DNA from: Vicinamibacterales bacterium | GTDB taxonomy: Bacteria; Acidobacteriota; Vicinamibacteria; Vicinamibacterales; CAVVIG01 | NCBI GenBank assembly: GCA_035571855.1 | Contig: DATNBT010000093.1 | Coordinates: 1 to 33,093 of the forward strand | Length of the DNA: 33,093 nt | Direction: 5' to 3' | Part shown: positions 31,806 through 33,093 of the stretch, piece by piece | Numbering within the stretch: the first letter of the stretch is position 1 | Layout of the letters: every line of letters starts with the position of its first letter | Translations under genes and position numbers: made by a program | Notes under the pieces: generated by a model | What the model was told of the DNA's origin: nothing | Database searches by the model: none | Seen by the model: the letters and a program-made list of their open reading frames with translations, nothing else

Positions 31806-32391
31806 CGTCCTGCGCGTCACGTTGCTCTTCGGCGCCGTCGCCGCGGTGAGCGCTGCTCTCTCGGCGCAGTCGCCGACGTTCGGCGTCGGCCGCGCACCCA
31901 CCGCTGAAGAAATCCGCGCGTGGGACATCGCGATCCGTCCTGACGGCGCGGAACTGCCGCAGGGCCACGGCACCTCGAAGGAAGGCGCGGCGCTCTATAC
32001 GCAAAAAGGCTGCGCGGGCTGTCACGGGCGAACCGGCTCGGGATCGATGGCGCCGACGCTGATCAAGAGCGACGGCACGAACAAGAACGCGCCGCCCTGC
32101 CTCGCACCGTGCGTGAACGACAACAACGTCATGGCGCTGCACTCGCCGTACTCGACGGTGCTGTGGGACTACATCAACCGCGCGATGCCCATCGGCAAGG
32201 AAGGCACGCTCGCGCCGAACGAAGTCTATTCGCTGGCGGCGTACGTGCTGTTCAAGAACGGCGTCATCAAGGAAGACGACGTGATGGATCAGCAGAGCCT
32301 GCCGAAAGTCGTGATGCCGAACCTGAAGGGCTACGCGCTCCCGGCACAGCCGTGGAAGCACGGCGCGCCGCGGCTGCTGAACTATCCATAG
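31792..32391 (+). CDS. soxD: Monohaem cytochrome c subunit, SoxD/SorB-like
   Basis: Signal peptide MAWRNVLRVTLLFGAVAAVSAALSAQ. EEIRAWDIAIRPDGAELPQGHGTSKEGAALYTQKGCAGCHG and later DYINRAMP...EVYSLAAYVL match my recollection of SoxD-type sequences. It overlaps soxC by 14 nt. The track start at 31768 is rejected in favour of the signal-peptide ATG. Confidence 0.78.
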   Translation: MAWRNVLRVTLLFGAVAAVSAALSAQSPTFGVGRAPTAEEIRAWDIAIRPDGAELPQGHGTSKEGAALYTQKGCAGCHGRTGSGSMAPTLIKSDGTNKNAPPCLAPCVNDNNVMALHSPYSTVLWDYINRAMPIGKEGTLAPNEVYSLAAYVLFKNGVIKEDDVMDQQSLPKVVMPNLKGYALPAQPWKHGAPRLLNYP

Positions 32392-32405
32392 ATTGACGTG
32401 TTCCA

Positions 32406-33093
32406 ATGAAACGACTGCTCACGCTCGCCGTCATCGTCTCGATCGGCCTCATCACCGTCGTCGCGCAGTCGCGCAGGCCGGCCGGCACGGAACACACAGG
32501 GAAGGCGTTCCGCTTCAACAAAGTCCGCGAGGGCGTGTATCACGCCGTCGGCACCGGCAACCTCGCTGTCGTCGGCAACTCGTCGTTCATCGTCAACGAC
32601 AACGACGTCATCGTCGTCGACGACCACGTGTCGCCGGCCGCGGCGACGGTGCTGCTCGACGAGATCAGGGAAGTCACGAACAAGCCCGTGACGACGGTGA
32701 TCAACACGCACTTCCATTTCGATCACGCGCACGGGAACCAGATCTTCGACCAGAGCCGCGTCGACATCATCGGCCACGAGTACACGCGGCAGATGCTGCT
32801 GAGCAACTCGATCGGCATGCCGCTCTATAAGAACTACCTGACCGGACTGCCTGGACAGATCGACGATCTGAAGAAGCGGCTGGCCACGGAATCGGATGCG
32901 ACGACGCAGGCGATGCTGGAGCGGCAGATCAAGGTCGCCGAGAACAACCTCGCGTCGCAGCGCGAGCTGAAACCGACGCCGCCGAACATCACCCTCAAAG
33001 ATCGCATGACGCTCTACCGCGGCTCGCGTGAGATTCAGATCCGCTATCTCGGCCGCGGCCACACCGCCGGCGACGTCGTCGTGTTCCTGCCGA
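32406..33093 (+). CDS. Exported MBL-fold metallo-hydrolase, 3'-truncated by the window edge
   Basis: This gene is not in the ORF track because it has no stop before the window end. I translated it by hand: MKRLLTLAVIVSIGLITVVAQS... (signal peptide), NTHFHFDHAHGN (HxHxDH), GRGHTAGDVVVFLP. The frame stays open to base 33093. It starts 14 nt after the soxD stop. Confidence 0.85.
   Translation, partial: MKRLLTLAVIVSIGLITVVAQSRRPAGTEHTGKAFRFNKVREGVYHAVGTGNLAVVGNSSFIVNDNDVIVVDDHVSPAAATVLLDEIREVTNKPVTTVINTHFHFDHAHGNQIFDQSRVDIIGHEYTRQMLLSNSIGMPLYKNYLTGLPGQIDDLKKRLATESDATTQAMLERQIKVAENNLASQRELKPTPPNITLKDRMTLYRGSREIQIRYLGRGHTAGDVVVFLP

Noticed and set aside
32382-33062. 226-aa minus-strand ORF and 145-aa plus-strand ORF (32393..32830) at the right end
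   Set aside because: Both are shadow frames. The third plus-strand frame, starting at ATG 32406, is open to the window end and encodes a signal peptide plus the HFHFDHAHG and GHTAGD MBL motifs.
1-33093. Looked for rRNA, tRNA, integrase/transposase/phage genes, toxin-antitoxin pairs, restriction-modification or other recognisable defence genes
   Set aside because: None was recognisable by eye. All intergenic gaps are under 450 nt, and none showed cloverleaf-like tRNA structure. Small RNAs cannot be excluded without covariance-model searches such as Infernal/Rfam or tRNAscan-SE.

Overview
Very GC-rich bacterial chromosomal segment with third codon positions almost all G/C. The gene content (CarboxypepD_reg-type TonB receptors, a DUF1592/DUF1552 pair, REP-like GC hairpins) suggests an Acidobacteriota-like organism; this is inference only. 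I support about 27 tightly packed CDS. I saw no rRNA, tRNA, CRISPR array, transposase, integrase or phage genes, and no recognisable transcription factor anywhere in the window. Layout by region follows. (1) 1-14.3 kb is an envelope redox/uptake island. It holds two paralogous TonB-dependent receptors flanking a lipoprotein that fuses a c-type haem domain, a PHM/DBH-like two-copper monooxygenase core and TPR repeats. Next to these is a four-gene, translationally coupled operon: a DUF1592-type haem protein, a Tat-exported DUF1552 protein, an exported ankyrin-repeat protein, and a dihaem cytochrome with a TPR tail. (2) 14.4-15.9 kb holds a lactonase-like MBL hydrolase coupled to a short SDR. (3) 16.4-23.0 kb is a long minus-strand operon: SCP2-like, alpha/beta hydrolase, two MFS transporters, MaoC hydratase, lactonase-like MBL, then a coiled-coil protein with a 27-nt in-frame tandem repeat and a secreted tandem-GlcG (DUF336) protein. 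A 110-nt nested palindrome sits in front of it. (4) 23.1-33.1 kb holds a secreted M49-like zinc peptidase, an AEC transporter, a CaiB/BaiF CoA-transferase, an asymmetric heterodimeric ABC exporter, a SoxCD-like sulfite dehydrogenase pair and a third, exported MBL hydrolase that runs off the window end. The best candidates for something undescribed are the haem/ankyrin/DUF1552 operon, the cytochrome-fused PHM-like copper monooxygenase embedded between TonB receptors, and the tandem-GlcG plus repeat-protein pair. All functions are inferred by eye from motifs; no database search was run.
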